Notes under the pieces: generated by a model | What the model was told of the DNA's origin: nothing | The model's database searches: none | The model's input: only the letters and a program-made list of their open reading frames with translations | Part shown: piece after piece, positions 30,038 through 47,077 of the stretch | How the letters are laid out: every line of letters starts with the position of its first letter | Numbering within the stretch: the first letter of the stretch is position 1 | DNA from: Chrysomallon squamiferum | Taxonomy: Eukaryota; Animalia; Mollusca | Direction: 5' to 3' | NCBI GenBank assembly: GCA_012295275.1 | Contig: CM022672.1 | Span: forward strand, 2,852,001-2,916,000 | DNA: 64,000 nt | Made by a program: the position numbers and the translations under genes

Positions 30038-31025
30038 TTAAGAAAATATAAATAAATAAAGATTTAAAAAAAAAAAATTAGCAGTCATTCTAAATTTTCA
30101 GAAGTAGTTTTGTATGCTATATTCAGGCATGTCATTCATGGACCAGCTAACCTGAGTGATTCAGACATGATGCCCAAGAGTTTGATTCAAGCAGGTTTGT
30201 CATGCAGAGCAAAATTTATTAATAATTCTCGATTTAGGTAACTATCTATCTTTTGAGCAGGATCTTTAAAACGATTTATAATTACAACGTAAATTCGAAC
30301 GACGCAATGAATTGAACTCCAAACCTAATCAACCCGCCTATTAATAATAATCCTTGTTACCAGCCCGTTTTTTCGAATACAACAGCAACATTATTATTCA
30401 CGTCGATATAAAAGATTTGTCTAAAATTCACCTTCATCGTTGTTTACGAAGCAAGCAACAACGACGCTGAAGTTTCTTGTCAAACGAAGTTAGCAGGACA
30501 TAAATGCCATGGAGAGCAGCATGTCTACTCGATTTTGTCGGATCAGTTAATGTCGTGCTGTGGCGATTTGCTAAATCAGTGTAAACAGAGAGACTCGACA
30601 TTATCTTGTTTTCGACCATCGAGATCGCGCGCTCTCTGTTATTAACACGACTTTGCTCTTGTTAAGTAAATTTAAAACGAACGGCCTTGGAACTTGGAAC
30701 AAAAGAGCTTTGAAAACAGTTATTACATCGACAATTATAAATTAATTGCGGTATTAATTAAGATGGTTTCGCAAATGAGAATAACAGAGTATGAATAATG
30801 TACTGTATTAACTCGATGGGTTAATTCTGACAATGCTGATGTTAATAACATTAAACAATAACATTCAAAGCACCTTTTTTTTTTTTTTTTTTTTTTTTGT
30901 CCTTGAGCTTGTTATTATTTTTCAAACCAGTACTATCTTTAACAGTATATTTTGTCTACAATACGCATAGTTTTGTGTAATTTCAACTGTAGCATTTAAA
31001 AACAAAAGAATATCCTTTAACTCAA

Positions 31026-31061
<36 letters not shown>

Positions 31062-32732
31062 AATAAATAATATAATTTAAAAAAAAATTAAATATAATAA
31101 TAATAATAATAATAAATAAATAAATAAATAAAAATATAATTTAAAAAATAACAACAACAACAACAAAAACAACAACAACAATAACAATAATAATAAAAAG
31201 TAAATTAAAAAAAAAGTAAAATCCAGGCAAAACACTTTTTTCTTTTTGCCTATCACTAGATGCGGCGACAATACAGAATTTGCCTCCGGGCGCCTCGAAG
31301 ACAAGCTCCGTGACCTCAGCACACGCTCTCTCCCCACCGACGTTCCCTAAGACCCTACTCGTTGTGGACGCGGTATTTTCTTAAGCAAATTGACTGAGGC
31401 AGCAAATAACCAGATAAACTGACGCCAGAGGGCACGGACGTTCCGAAAGCACGGAAATTGGTTACTCGAAAATTACTGTTCGATATCGTTGTCAATTAAG
31501 GTGGACATGGGCCTAATGGAGTATGCGCACATGTCTCCGTGCAAATGGTAATGAGTATCTAATCCAACTAGGAAAATGTCACTCCGCTTGCAGGTCTAAC
31601 TTCGGGTTGCTATAGCAGTGACATCGTCTCGAGCGGTGACCTGTCATGATTATGTTTCGTTTCTTGTGTTGCAGAAATCGTGTCAGAGTTCGAAATCGCC
31701 CTGCTGAATTTGCTGATGGTTTCCGATGTCTGCGAGACACGTTTTTGTCGCAGGCTGATTCCTGCGGCGTTCTGCTCTTTGGCTACGACAGTAGCCTCCA
31801 GCATGTTCGAAATAGTTCGTGTGTCTCCGTATATATTTTAAAGCGAGGCAGTTCGTGAAGAATCGGAAAAAATCGCGTTTTTTCGTAAAATAAAATAAAA
31901 CAAAACGAAACAAATAAATAATCAAATATATATATTTCCATAACAGTAATATCACAGATATATTCTAGATGAGATGAGACAAAAGATGTAAAAAACATAC
32001 CACTATCTATTACATGTATGTTTATAAAACTTTTTTTTTTTTTTTTGGAAAACCTCTTGCGTATATCTCTGAGTGTGTGTATGTGTATGTGACGTGTAGA
32101 TAAATAAATGAATAAATGTGTGTATCTATTTCTTTTCTTATTTATTTATTAATATACTTTTTTTTTAAAGTCTACTCTATTCTTATAATTCATTACACGC
32201 AGAACATTAGCATTTGTCTGAATAAAGTATCTTATTTGAATATGTCTTTAACTGTGCTCTAAACTACAAGTAATTAATAAACAAATAATAATAATAATAT
32301 CTGGGAATGTTAAGCGGTAGTAACGAAAAGGAAAATGAGAAGACTCAGGCTTAGAGAGTTATTTGCTTAAACAGCTGAAATAATCTTTCTTCTTTACGAT
32401 CTATACGTCTGTACATTTTATTTATCAATAAATTGTAAAATTATTAAGGCCAGAATTTTGATGATCAGTAATAAAAATAGTTGTTGTTGTTGTTTTTGAT
32501 GGTTGACTAAAACTATAAATTTTGCTTAACCAAAGTAATCAGATTTTTTATTCATTAAAATGAATGGCACAGTTAAATGTTGTAATTTTCTCTTATAAGA
32601 ACAACTCTTGGATATTCTGTGATACTATCAACAGAGTTGTAGCCCCTGAACCACTCTCGATTTTAATCTTCACTTAATGGTTCTGAGATCTCATATCAAA
32701 CAATGACTATATATAAATAAAATAATTTATAC

Positions 32733-32768
<36 letters not shown>

Positions 32769-32818
32769 ACTGGAAGGTTATATTGTATGAACATTTCACT
32801 GGAACAGAATGAATTGTC

Positions 32819-32850
<32 letters not shown>

Positions 32851-33580
32851 CATACATACATGTACCACAGAACTATTTATCTGTAGTTTGTGTGATGTTA
32901 TACATGATCACCTTTGATTCTTCTAATGTTGCGAAGAAATAATTTTGTGTGTGCGTGTGCAAAATTGACATAAATACAGTGTATAGATTTTTAAATGATT
33001 ATTTTATCTGGAATTAGACGCCAATATTAACTGTTAAAATGTGACACTAAAATAACAACATCTGAAGATGCAATGACTAACATTTTTCAAACCTACAAAA
33101 TTTCATGACAGACTGAGCATACTGCACATCGAGGTAATTAACATTTAGTTTTTGAATTTGTCGTGCCGTAAAATTTCATTGATATTGTTCTTATACTTTA
33201 TTCTTAACAAACACTGGCGTGAAGTAAAGACATAAAACAATAATTTAAAACCAATACATTTTGAATCATATAGTATATACGTGAACGTTATTCGATCATA
33301 AACAAAAATGTATCTAGTAAATATCAGGTAGGTATATGAAATATAATGAAAAACTAATATTAATGTAATAATCTTACAAAACCCCAGGAAACAGATTGAC
33401 ACAAAAACAAAACAACAACAGAAAAACTGTTCCTGTAGGTAAACTGCCCATCTATTTCCTTGTTTGATCCGGTATCACGTTACGATCCCAGTCCCAGCCA
33501 AACTAACATCATAAGACGTAACCAGAACGCTACTAAACACGGTGCCATATCTTACAGCTTATACGGCGACTGAGTTATGC

Positions 33581-33770
33581 AATGTCTGTATTTTTCTAAC
33601 CATCCGTTTCTTAATATTATTTCAACTTTTGTATCATATATGTTTGTTTTCTGCTTTCAGTCACGTTATAACAGAATAATGTCTGTTTTTTAATCAAGGC
33701 TCCAGTTTCTTAAAATTGTTTCAGTTCGTGTATCATATATATTTGTTATCTGATATTAGTCATGTTATAT
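33581..33770. repeat. Diverged ~98-bp tandem duplication (2 copies)
   Basis: AATGTCTGT...GTTTCTTAA.ATT.TTTCA...TGTATCATATAT.TTTGTT.TCTG...AGTCA.GTTATA occurs twice. Confidence 0.8.
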
Positions 33771-35689
33771 CACTGTTAAATCTGCTTCAGAAGGTCGATA
33801 ATTGACAGTTATCAGGTGTCGTTTTGTTAAACAAATATTTATATTGCTTTCGTTCTCAGAAAGAAAAAAGGAATCATTGGCGTCGATCTAATCAACTCGT
33901 TTGTATCCACAAGGTCATAAAAAAAAATAAAAAATAAAAATAAAGGCTTGTAAATAATATAAAACTCAGGAACTTTCCACTACAAGGTTGAAGAAACGTG
34001 TTTTTACTTCGGTGCAGGAACTGATTTGCGAAACCACATCACGAGAGAAAATAATAATTCTTTTTTTTATTAAAAGTGCGTGGTATTTCGTTGTTGTCAG
34101 CGTATCTGTCAACAGAATGGCCGATAAAAGAAAAAAAAAATAATGCTTTTAGCTTAAAAGGGAAGTTTCACACGGTACTAGAAAGTTGACGTGACGATCC
34201 GACTCAGTAAAATGGGACTTTTTGATAGTAGTGTGAGCAATATGTTTGCTGATGTAGTAATATTAATTCACGTAAGTGTACTGTAACAGAGAAAATAATA
34301 TTAGTTTATGTAACATTTATTAATCTGACATTTTGTCATAAAATAAAGATAGCATTAATTAAGTCCACAATTAAGAGATTAATACCATTTTCTTCAATAT
34401 ATATTATATAATAGACATTTTAGTGATTAATTAACGCCAGCAGTCAGTTGATTAATATATAAGTATTGGTTAAATAAAAATAACATTTATTATACCAATC
34501 AACAACGAAGACAGCCTTGAAGAGAATATAGATAACGTTGATTAATCTACATAAGAACTAATATCATAAAATTGTATGATTAATATAATATAGACAGTAT
34601 TAACTAATCTACAACCCGAACCAAATTATTAATATCTACGTTTAAGCACAATACAAATAATATTAACTGATCTCTGCCTGTAATTATACTATTAACATCA
34701 AACAAGGTACATAATGATTTCAGTTTGAGTGAAAATATAAATAATATTAATTTAGGCCTATACAAAACATCATTAATACTGCATTAGAAACGAGAAAATA
34801 AATAATGTTAATTCAGTGTTCATTAACCTTTTCGTTTAAGGCGAAATTTTTTATTCGTCAATGACGTAAGTATAAAACAATCCAACATCAACATCGGCTT
34901 GATGACAGCACTGTCCCAGATTTGTTCTTATCTCAATGTTTTCCTTTCTATCTGAACTAGAATTTACAACTTCTCATCAAAGGTCTGTTTATTGCCTGTT
35001 CATCAGTTCTGACACCACTGTCAATACCTTAAGGCAGCATACTGAAGCCGTTATCTGTTATTGTTTTATGTTACAGTTCTGTTATCAACTGCTTATTTAA
35101 TATTATTTTAACCCCGTTTTTTTTTTTTTTTTTATCAGTAAGGTTTATACAACAAATATTAGAATGCTAAACTTCAAAAATATAAAGCAATAACATACAA
35201 CAGATGAAATCTGGGCTAATAAATATTTTTATTGATGTAGTTTATTTCTTATATGTGAGAGAAGATTTACTCATGGATATAAATAATTAATGCACGTTCT
35301 GTTACAACTAAGGCAGGACCTTTATTTCGCTTACAAATGCTCAAACAATTAGTTCCCTCTGTTTCGCTGTTGTCTTACTTTCACTCTGTTTATTAACGCT
35401 ATCACGCCGATCTTTTGTTGTCGACGATGCTGCTGTCGCTGATAAGATTAAAACCGATTCTGCTTGACCCATGATCTATGCCGTGTGTGACATACCTAAT
35501 TGTTTTCCGATTATTTTTACTTTCACCGTCCTTCTAATAGATACTTCCAAAAGCAAACACCATCATGAAATTCTGGTCGATATTCTTAATAAAACATCTC
35601 TACGTTCAGTCTGGATGGGACGATTGCTTCAGCACTGAAACATCCATTTGTTTCATCGATTGACCTACTATGCCACTGACTCCAAATCG

Positions 35690-36345
35690 CCTTTCTCTTC
35701 GCTAAGATTTTGGGGGTAACTCGAATAACATTAAGTCGTCTTTTTCTTCGCCAGTTTTCTAAGATTCTTGGGTAACTCAAGTAACATTAAGTCATCTTTT
35801 TCTTCGCCAATTTTCTAAGATGCTTGGGTAACTCAAGTAATATTAAGTCATCTTTTTCTTCGCCAGTTTTCTAAGATTCTTGGGTAACTCAAGAACATTA
35901 AATCGTCTTTTTCTTCGCCAGTTTTCTAAGATTCTTGGGTAACTCAAGTAACATTAAGTCGTCTTTTTCTTCGCCAGTTTTCTAAGATTTTTGGGTAACT
36001 CAAGTAATATTAAGTCATCTTTTTCTTCGCCAGTTTTCTAAGATTCTTGGGTAACTCAAGAACATTAAATCGTCTTTTTCTTCGCCAGTTTTCTAAGATT
36101 CTTGGGTAACTCAAGTAACATTAAGTCGTCTTTTTCTTCGCCAGTTTTCTAAGATTTTTGGGTAACTCAAGTAATATTAAGTCGTCTTTTTCTTCGCCAG
36201 TTTTCTAAGATTCTTGGGTAACTCAAGTAACATTAAGTTGTCTTTTTCTTCGCCAGTTTTCTAAGATTCTTGGGTAACTCAAGAACATTAAATCGTCTTT
36301 TTCTTCGCCAGTTTTCTAAGATTCTTGGGTAACTCAAGTAATAAC
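35690..36345. repeat. 56/55-bp minisatellite, about 11.5 copies
   Basis: Unit GGGTAACTCAAGTAACATTAAGTCGTCTTTTTCTTCGCCAGTTTTCTAAGATTCTT starting at about 35714, 35770, 35826, 35882, 35937, 35993, 36049, 36104, 36160, 36216, 36272 and 36327. Confidence 0.97.
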
Positions 36346-36441
36346 AATCGCTAGAAATTGCGAATATTTTGGGTAGCTGTAATAACACTAAGTCATCTTT
36401 TCCCGATCTTGTGTGTTATGTTTTTATCGGTGTTTTTCTGG

Positions 36442-36480
<39 letters not shown>

Positions 36481-37191
36481 ATTTTTATAATTAAATGTTC
36501 TGAAAAATAAATGGCCTGTTTAAATGGTGTTTTATTTTCGGGTAGGACTGTAATAAAAACAAATCATCTTTTCCATTTTGTGTAGGCCTTAGGCTTTTGT
36601 AAATGCAATAAAAATAAATGGCTATTTCAGTAATGGTTTAATTTCGGGTGACTGGTAAGAGCAAATCATATTTTTTACACTTGTGTGCGCTTAACGTTCT
36701 GGGTGAACATGTTAAAGATATTTAAATTTCGGTCAACTGCAGTTAAAAGGGCAACACGGCTAAGATTTCAGCTTACGTTCAGTAATGTTCACAGCAATCA
36801 ATTATTAAAAGAATTCTGAAATAATAGTACGCCATCTTATTTTTATTCTCCAGCGTCTTAAAGTTTATATCATATAAGCTTTAGCTTCAAGAATCATTGT
36901 AAATTGAAGAAGTTTTTGCAGTTTTAGTCTAAGGTTTCTGCATTAACATCAAATTGCTCGCGTTCTTTAAAAAGACGTCTATGGTTTCAGGTAATTACAC
37001 TGATTAAGGTTATTCAGTAAAGAACAGAAATACTTTTCTTTTCTTCTTTGTTTACGTACTGGTCTCGTAATTATTAATGCTGTATTTGTGTTACAGATTT
37101 ATAGTCCTTAATGCACTTTATTTACAATGTTCATATAAAAAAGGAAATCTGATAGAATGTAATTACTGTTATTTTTAATCTGTCTAATGTG

Positions 37192-37247
<56 letters not shown>

Positions 37248-38303
37248 CTATCATTCATTTGACAGGAAAAAGGAAAAGTCATGTAATAGGTTTTAAAATA
37301 GTTCTTTTTCTGTTATTTGAGATAATCAGTGTGAATCGACTTCTGTTTTGAATGAACTTTCTTGAACCTTACATAATAAAAAAGAAAATAATTAATAAAA
37401 CAGAAAGGCGAAAACTGGAAAAAAAAAAAAAAATTCCATTCACGTACACACCGATAATCGTCCTGTTTCTTCGTGAGTATCGTTCACATAACGCACACAT
37501 CGAGATCTCGTAGAATATCCGATTATCGACCTTTTGCCTCGAGTTAATCGTCTTTAGAAGCGCACAGATAATTACAAGGAACTTCACAATCCGTGGACGC
37601 ACACATCGATAAATGACCTCTTCTTTCAGGTGTGTCATTCGTAGACTACCCAAAACAGAGATCAAATCAGCCAGCAGACAGAATAATTTTCTCTAAAGAG
37701 GAATTAAAACCGAGCGATTTTGTTTGTCAGTAACTTCTCGTGCTGAAAGACTTTTCTCACGCGCCCGAGGCCTCGATGGAGCGGTTAATTAGAAACACGA
37801 TAAAAGAACCTACGCGCACATCATTCTGTGCCTTCTCTCTTTATTTCCTCGAATAAACGGAATATCAACATTTGCCTCGAGTAGAAACACGTAAATGTGT
37901 CTAATTAAATAGAGGTAGTGTGACCTTTGAACTCTGGTGTAACTGCGAGCACTTTCGCTTAAAACAAGCGAACAATTTTCGTTATTTCCTGCAAGGCAGA
38001 GAGAGCGCAAAATAAATAATGAAGGAAAGTGAAAAATAAATGCAAAACGAAAATAGAGAGAGACTGTTTAATTTTTAGATTATTTCTTTCTGCATTTATT
38101 TTTTTTTACGCTCGCAATCTTTAATGTTCTTACAAAATGTCACTGATGAAAATAACGAAATAATCAGATAGGTTTTTTTTCACTGTTACTTTCAACGATT
38201 TAAAAAAAAAAAATGCTTCTGTACCATGGTAAATATCTACAACTGTTCTTTTACAGTCGATATTCTTATAGTTGTGCACAGTCCCCACTCTTTCGTCTTT
38301 CTT

Positions 38304-38363
<60 letters not shown>

Positions 38364-39722
38364 TCAAGCAAACAAGCAACCATCCAAATTTGATAGGATC
38401 AAAAATAAATGAATAATTAACCAACGAAATAAATAAATAAATAAATAAGTTATTGCTAGACCAGATTACAATACATTAACAAGAAAACTAGGAAAGAAAA
38501 ACAAAATCTGTGTATCTTTTATAAACATTATACTTAACTTTGTCTGTAAAAATGCTTTCTGTGTGTCTGTCTGTCTGTTATCTCTACGTGGATCTATTTC
38601 TTATTGCCACTCCGTCTATAATTTGCTTTCTTCCATTTTTCTATGTATCTTTTATTTCTTTCTTCCATTTCTCTAACTGTTTAGTTGTCTGTCTGTTTAT
38701 CTCTCTGTCTATCAGTCAGTTTGTCTGCATGCATGTCTATCAGTTTTTCTTTCTTCCAAACGTTCCGTGGTCTTCAAATTATTGGCTGCTGCATATCAGT
38801 GTTAATCGAAGATCGTTACGTAAATTTAAAAATTGGCTTCTCGGGAAAAAATCGTCCTCTGGCTTGATGCGTGTATAAAATCATACCAGCAAGTGAGTTG
38901 TGTTTTACTCTTTGTTTTCGGATCGATAACAGTAAAACATATATATAGGATAAAAAAATATTTAAAAATAAAATATAGAATGAAAAAGGAGGGAAGAAGA
39001 ATAAAGAGAAAGAAAGAAAGAAAAAAGCAGGCAGAAATGAATGAATTAATAAATATTCTTTGAGCATTTTTTTAATTTTTCACAGAAAAAAGAATTGTTA
39101 TCTTCATTTGCGTACACACATGATTTTACAACACTGGCTGGAACGCGAAAATAGCTCTAAACAGCAGCGAGGAGGACTGACCCTGCGGCGCATCAAACTT
39201 CAGATCAACGCTTTATAAACATAATTCACAATCAGCCCAGACTTGTTTTGAAGTCAGACAGATCTGCTTTTAACCCAGACAAATGCTGACAGTAATCACG
39301 AGCTAAACATGCGTTTTGAGAAGGATTTTATTACAGAAGTCGATTACGCAAAGCGACAATGACAATCGTTAATCATTAACATTTTCCTGACTCTTGTAAT
39401 TTACACGCTCTGACGTCAGGACGGACAGACGTACATATTCTTCACAGGTGTGCGACTGACTCGGTGGTACTCGGTTTAACCTGTTAGGTCACGGTTAGTG
39501 ATAATGCCGGTATATCAGAAACAAAGAAGATATTTCAGTGCTAAGGAAAATTATTGTTTGAGAATCAGAGAACGAATAACGACAGAAGAAGGAAGAAAGG
39601 CAAAAAAAATGATGGAAGAAAAAAGAATTATAAAGAAAAAAATGGAAAGGATGAATGGAAAAAGAAACAAAAATTAAGGAATGAGGGGAAAAAAGAAAAA
39701 AACAAAGCAAGAACGAGATTAA

Positions 39723-39775
<53 letters not shown>

Positions 39776-40903
39776 TAATTTCAAGGGAAACCAGAACAAA
39801 ATAAAAATTATAAAAAATAAAATAAAAGTAATATAGAAACAAAATATGCAGAACTAATCGTTTAAACATTGAAACTGATGGACAAAATATGTCAGCTATA
39901 TCATGCAGTTTGCTGGACCAGTGGACTCGTTGTATTAAACTGATGTTTCAACATGGCTGCCTTCCTAGTTCAGTCTCTTCAACCGATGCTGCAAATTAAT
40001 TATCTTTTTCCTCTTCCGAACAAATCGTTCACATTTGCTGACTACACTGAATGCGTTTTCTGAAACTAATAGTCGTGACGACTGCTGAACAAGTGGTCTC
40101 AAAATGTTGCATACAGGGTCTACATATGTCAGAAATGTAAAACTAGCAATTTGCAGCCCGTCACGATAGAAATGAAACGTTTCTAAATCAGACCTTTCCT
40201 TCGCACCACGCTGTTCTGCTGAATAAAACATTAACACACTCGATTGCTTAACGAAACATCTTTCTCTTTGTGGAAAACAATTCTTTATTTTTGCACCATC
40301 CATTTTACGTCAGACGAACTTAACTTAAATAGCATTTTTATTGATTGAAACCCCTATACTATTTCTGTGCTGTGTGATCATTGGGGGTAGAGCCTTGGTG
40401 TTAAAACAGCGTTGAGCAAATTGGCCAGCTGAAGAGTAGCAAGTAACAACATAGGGTATACGTAGTGCTGTGTGAACTGTTGTTTGTTTTGAAGGAAAAT
40501 GTGCACTGTCACTGTACTAATATTCAGATTCACCTAACTGAACTATTAAAAGATGGTATATATAATTTAATTTGTTCATGGATATGTTATTGATTTTTAC
40601 TGCCTGGGGTTACTTAATAACGTGTTAAAAATAGGTAAAACTATATTCTGTTTGGCTGATGCATTGATAAGAAAGGTTACGTTAGTCACGATAGTATCTC
40701 TGAATTGTAAGTAAATACACATATGCGGATATTATGGATATATTCGTATAAATACAGATATATGCATATGGATGCATACACACCTACACCGCATATATGC
40801 ACATAAATGCTGGCAGTAACATTAAATGTAATGTAGTTCAAACTATTCGAAAAAAATCTTTGTCCATATGACTGCTCTATTATGTGTGGGTGGGTGTGTG
40901 TAC

Positions 40904-42726
<1,823 letters not shown>

Positions 42727-43401
42727 AACTGTCTGCTGCATGTATGTTCTCAGTATTTTGAATGCCCACATTATTTGTTCATCCTTTACACATTTCAACA
42801 ATCAGTACATTTCCCTCCGAGGCATAAGGCTTAAAATAATGAATAGCATCAGAAATTCTGCGAAAAACAGCCATTAACTATGAAATCCATGTCTACTTAG
42901 TGCTGGACTTTTTCACATGCAAAACTCTGCAGTAATGATCAATACTTTGAGAGCTTTCGAAGATCCAATTATTTTGAAGTATAATAATTTTTAACAAGCT
43001 TAAATATTGAGCTTTAAGACTTCGAAAGCTCTTTCGATTCTCAGACTTAATAGGATTTGCCTGTTGATCGGAGAAACAAAGTAAAGAATGTAAGGACTTT
43101 TTGTATGTCATACATTACAATGCTTCCGCGTTCTTTGTTTATGGCTCTGTGTAAAACGTTTTATCTTGAACTGACAAAATTATATTGTGTTCTTCAGTCT
43201 GACATGTATTAAATGTCTTCATTTCTTTTTCTCTTTGTGTTTTTTGGATCGTTTTTTTTTTTTCTTTATATCTTTATTTATTATTATTTTTGTTTTGTTT
43301 ACGGGCGAATTTAAATATATTTCTTCTCTATAAACAAGTCGAAATATTTTTTTTTCCTTTATGGACCTGTTAAAATATTTTGGTTCTGTTTGAAAAAGTC
43401 G

Positions 43402-43506
<105 letters not shown>

Positions 43507-43645
43507 TAAAATAGGAAATTTCGTATTTAGACTTATACTTAATTTTTTTTATCTTTAACTAGAGTGTATGTAATTATTTAAATGGTTGTCCTGTATGAAT
43601 ACATATAACATTCTTCTAGAAACGCTTTTATATATATATATATAT

Positions 43646-43680
<35 letters not shown>

Positions 43681-44240
43681 TATATACACACACACACACA
43701 ATTAAATACTAAAGCCTCTACTTAGCCTGGACATAATTAATTGAAAAATATTTGTCCTGCAAGACCACAATTTAGTTCTTTATACGATACTGATCTACTT
43801 ACGATTTTATTTATCTAGATACACATATTATTTATTTTATTTGATATCATTATAAGAAAAATAAAAGAGAAACAGATGGAATTATGCTGCAGGGCATGAA
43901 AAAAAAATAAGAAGGAGGGCCAGTATATATTTTTTTTATATTTAAATGGAACATGTAGGAACTCCAGTATATTGTATACGAGTATTGGAAAACAATTAAG
44001 ACCAAGAAATGGAATTAATTATTAATGATAAAAATCAAGTCGGACACTCGCCAGCAATAATCGGGTTCATCGCTGTAAATGATTTTAATATCCTAGAGGG
44101 GAATCTTTTAATCTCATCACTTTCACAGATGTCAGATGCAGTAATTACATTGCAGATTGTAGCCATGAAAGTACAAATGTAACAGCGGAATTCTCAGAGT
44201 GGTTGTGGTGTACTTGATATTCAGAACTCGGCGATAGAAG

Positions 44241-44340
<100 letters not shown>

Positions 44341-44355
44341 GAGATAGCACAGAGA

Positions 44356-44389
<34 letters not shown>

Positions 44390-45490
44390 CAAAAGAGACT
44401 ATATCTCTTTTTCTATATGTCTGAATCTCCATAATCATTTATTTATGCATTCACTACTCACCATTTCTGCCACTCTCGGCTTACTCAGATTTATATAATT
44501 TCCTTAGTTTTACGCATTCCAGTGTGTAATTTTTGGATATCAAAGGTCGTGCTAAGTTAGAGGTAATAATGAGAAAGAGTAATGTTTAAAGCTTACATCC
44601 TGCCAGCCGTATAATATACATCTGTATATATGAGGTGCACGTTGACTCTTTCGTTATGTGAGGCAGAGGGGTTGGTTTACCTAACAATGCTTGTCACTTA
44701 CAACGTTATATTTTTATTTTATTTTTGAATATTATTACTTGATTGTTTTCAGCAGTCCTATCTGTATTCTGTGAGACAATCGTTTATTTTCTTTTTTTCC
44801 ACGTTTGCTTTTTTTTTTTTCTCTTTTCTTTCAAGTTACACGTGAATATGGGATAATTACTGATTTGTGAAAGATTGGCTTCATGGGCTGTTGACTATAC
44901 ATTTCATAAACATATAAGCCAGATCTGATAGACAGTTATATTAACAGTTATATGTAATAGACAGAGACCCTTCCCGATTTTGAATTGAAGAAGGTAATGG
45001 TGATGAGATTATTATGATAATAACGAATTTGATGATGATGATGATTATTATTATTATTATTATAACGAATCTGATGATGATAATTACGATACCTTTGCAC
45101 TGCTGCTGCTGATGATGATCATGATGACTTCAACAACAACAACAACAAAGGAAGATGACGCATTAGGATACCACACGCTGCAGTATGTTTACTTAGACCG
45201 TTATCAAATTATTACCCATTATCCGATTTACTGTTTTGCTTGTTTGTTGTTTTTTTACGTTACAAATGCCGTCTGCTGTAAAATCGTTATTTCTGATGTT
45301 TTGATCCCGTTACAAGGACGATGAAGCCACCTACTGACCTTGTTTCTTGTCTCACTAACAGCCCCATGCGAAAAAACAATCTAAATGGAAATAAGACGAG
45401 TTTGGCGCGTCTTGTCCGAAGACGTTTTGTTGGAAGTAAAACATTAGTTTGTCATTAATGGGACGAAATGTCTGTTGTTTTCTTAATGGT

Positions 45491-45522
<32 letters not shown>

Positions 45523-46624
45523 TAATTTATAAACGTTGATGCTGTTAAGAACAACAGTAAGCTGTGGAAAGAGATGTTATTTGTTTGTGGATAGCAAAGC
45601 ATCGTAATGAAGTTTTTTTTATCTGTTTACAAAATTGTGAGAATCATGAGATTAGCAGATGTCTTTGTCTCTGTTCTTTTTTTTTGTTTTTCCTTTTTTG
45701 CACACTGCATACGTCTACAACATATGTACGCGTAAATACATACCTGCTTACATACATAATACATACATACGTATATACACACACACATACACATTGTTGT
45801 TGTTGTTGTCGTTGTGTTTTTCGTTTTCTTAAATTGTGATTATTTTTTAAATAAAAGATTTCCGAAAAAGCACTTTCCATCAACAACAACAGCATAAATA
45901 ACAACAACAACAATAATTCCAAGACTAATAATAATAATAATAATAATAATAATTATTATTATTATTATTTATTATTATTATTGTTATTATTATAATGACT
46001 GCAGTCACGTTGATGATAATAAAGAAATAAATAAATTAAACAACAATAATAAATAAAATAAATATACTCGAATTCTATATTTTCAGTCAGACATGGTTTC
46101 AACGTTACTTTCTAATGATTAAAAGCAGCACTGAACTGGATACAAGTCAGACCTTGTTTTTCGTACACGTATAATTTGGTTTTGATTACTATACTTACAT
46201 CTTTGTCTGTTCTAGCACGTAATTATCACTTCTCACTTCAACTGCTTATTACTGAACTGAAAAATCTGCCATCTCTGTTGTTTTTCACTGTGTGTCACAC
46301 AATGACATCAGACATTTTTGTTTTGCTGCTACTACAATACCTCTGACAGCGAAACTACCCCATGACGTTATCGGTTTGGCCTAATGACGTAACAATAAAA
46401 ATTCACCCTTGACTTATGACCTGACGACGTCACAATAATGTTGATTTAATTTTAAGGTAGGTTAGAACTGTGAATATTATTATGTTGTTATTATTATTAT
46501 TATTATTATAATTATTGTTATTATTATTATTCACTACTGATTTATCATTTAACAGATTTTTAAAATCACTTACGTTACACAGAAAGGAATACATATACTG
46601 TGAAAAAGAAACCCTTGGGTACAA

Positions 46625-46695
46625 GTTGGATTGGAACATAGCCCATTGGTGGTACATCGAGGAATGATCCTGTATGCCCACAGCACATAGGCTGA
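46625..46695 (-). mobile_element. Decayed tRNA-derived SINE fragment
   Basis: Minus strand ...ACAGGATCATTCCTCGATGTACCACCAATGGGCTATGTTCCAATCCA resembles the B-box plus CCCATTGGGCTATTTCTCGTTCCAGCCA segment that I recall from molluscan SINEs. Short and diverged. Confidence 0.35.
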
Positions 46696-46948
46696 TTTTT
46701 CTTCTTTTAACAAATATTCGTCAAATTCACTTTAGTGGAAATACAAAGCTTCCATCAATGAATTCTCTATTTTAATTCGCGTATTCTGTTTTGTTTGTTT
46801 GTTTGTTTGTTTTTTTGTTGTTTTTTTTTTAAATTCTTTTTAAGAAAACTCATTTCACAAATTGGGGAGAGGGCTTCAACATTTTGGTTTATATAATTAT
46901 CAATCTGTATCAACCACAAATGTTTGTCCAGTTCCTCAGAGTTTTCCT

Positions 46949-47017
<69 letters not shown>

Positions 47018-47054
47018 TAACAATAATAATAATAAATAAATAAATATATAAATT

Positions 47055-47077
47055 TTAAAAATCCTGATCCGCCCCTG
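47055..47077 (-). mobile_element. Single terminal remnant of a PIF/Harbinger-like MITE
   Basis: Minus strand CAGGGGCGGATCAGGATTTTT resembles the common CAGGGGCGGATCCAGGATTTT MITE end. No partner TIR found. Confidence 0.3.

Noticed and set aside
31641-31804. Phase-2 first-exon candidate MLEATVVAKEQ...
   Set aside because: The donor CAG|GTCACC is poor. Mentioned only as a weak member of the first-exon array.
34330-34830. Loose ~60-bp periodicity of ATAAT(A/G)TTAA motifs
   Set aside because: Too degenerate in very AT-rich DNA to distinguish from background by eye.
35690-36345. CRISPR-like array
   Set aside because: Head-to-tail units with no unique spacers, no cas genes and a eukaryotic context; it is a minisatellite.
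39965-40303. 112-aa minus-strand ORF with a good start context
   Set aside because: No recognisable homology and no convincing phase-2 donor.
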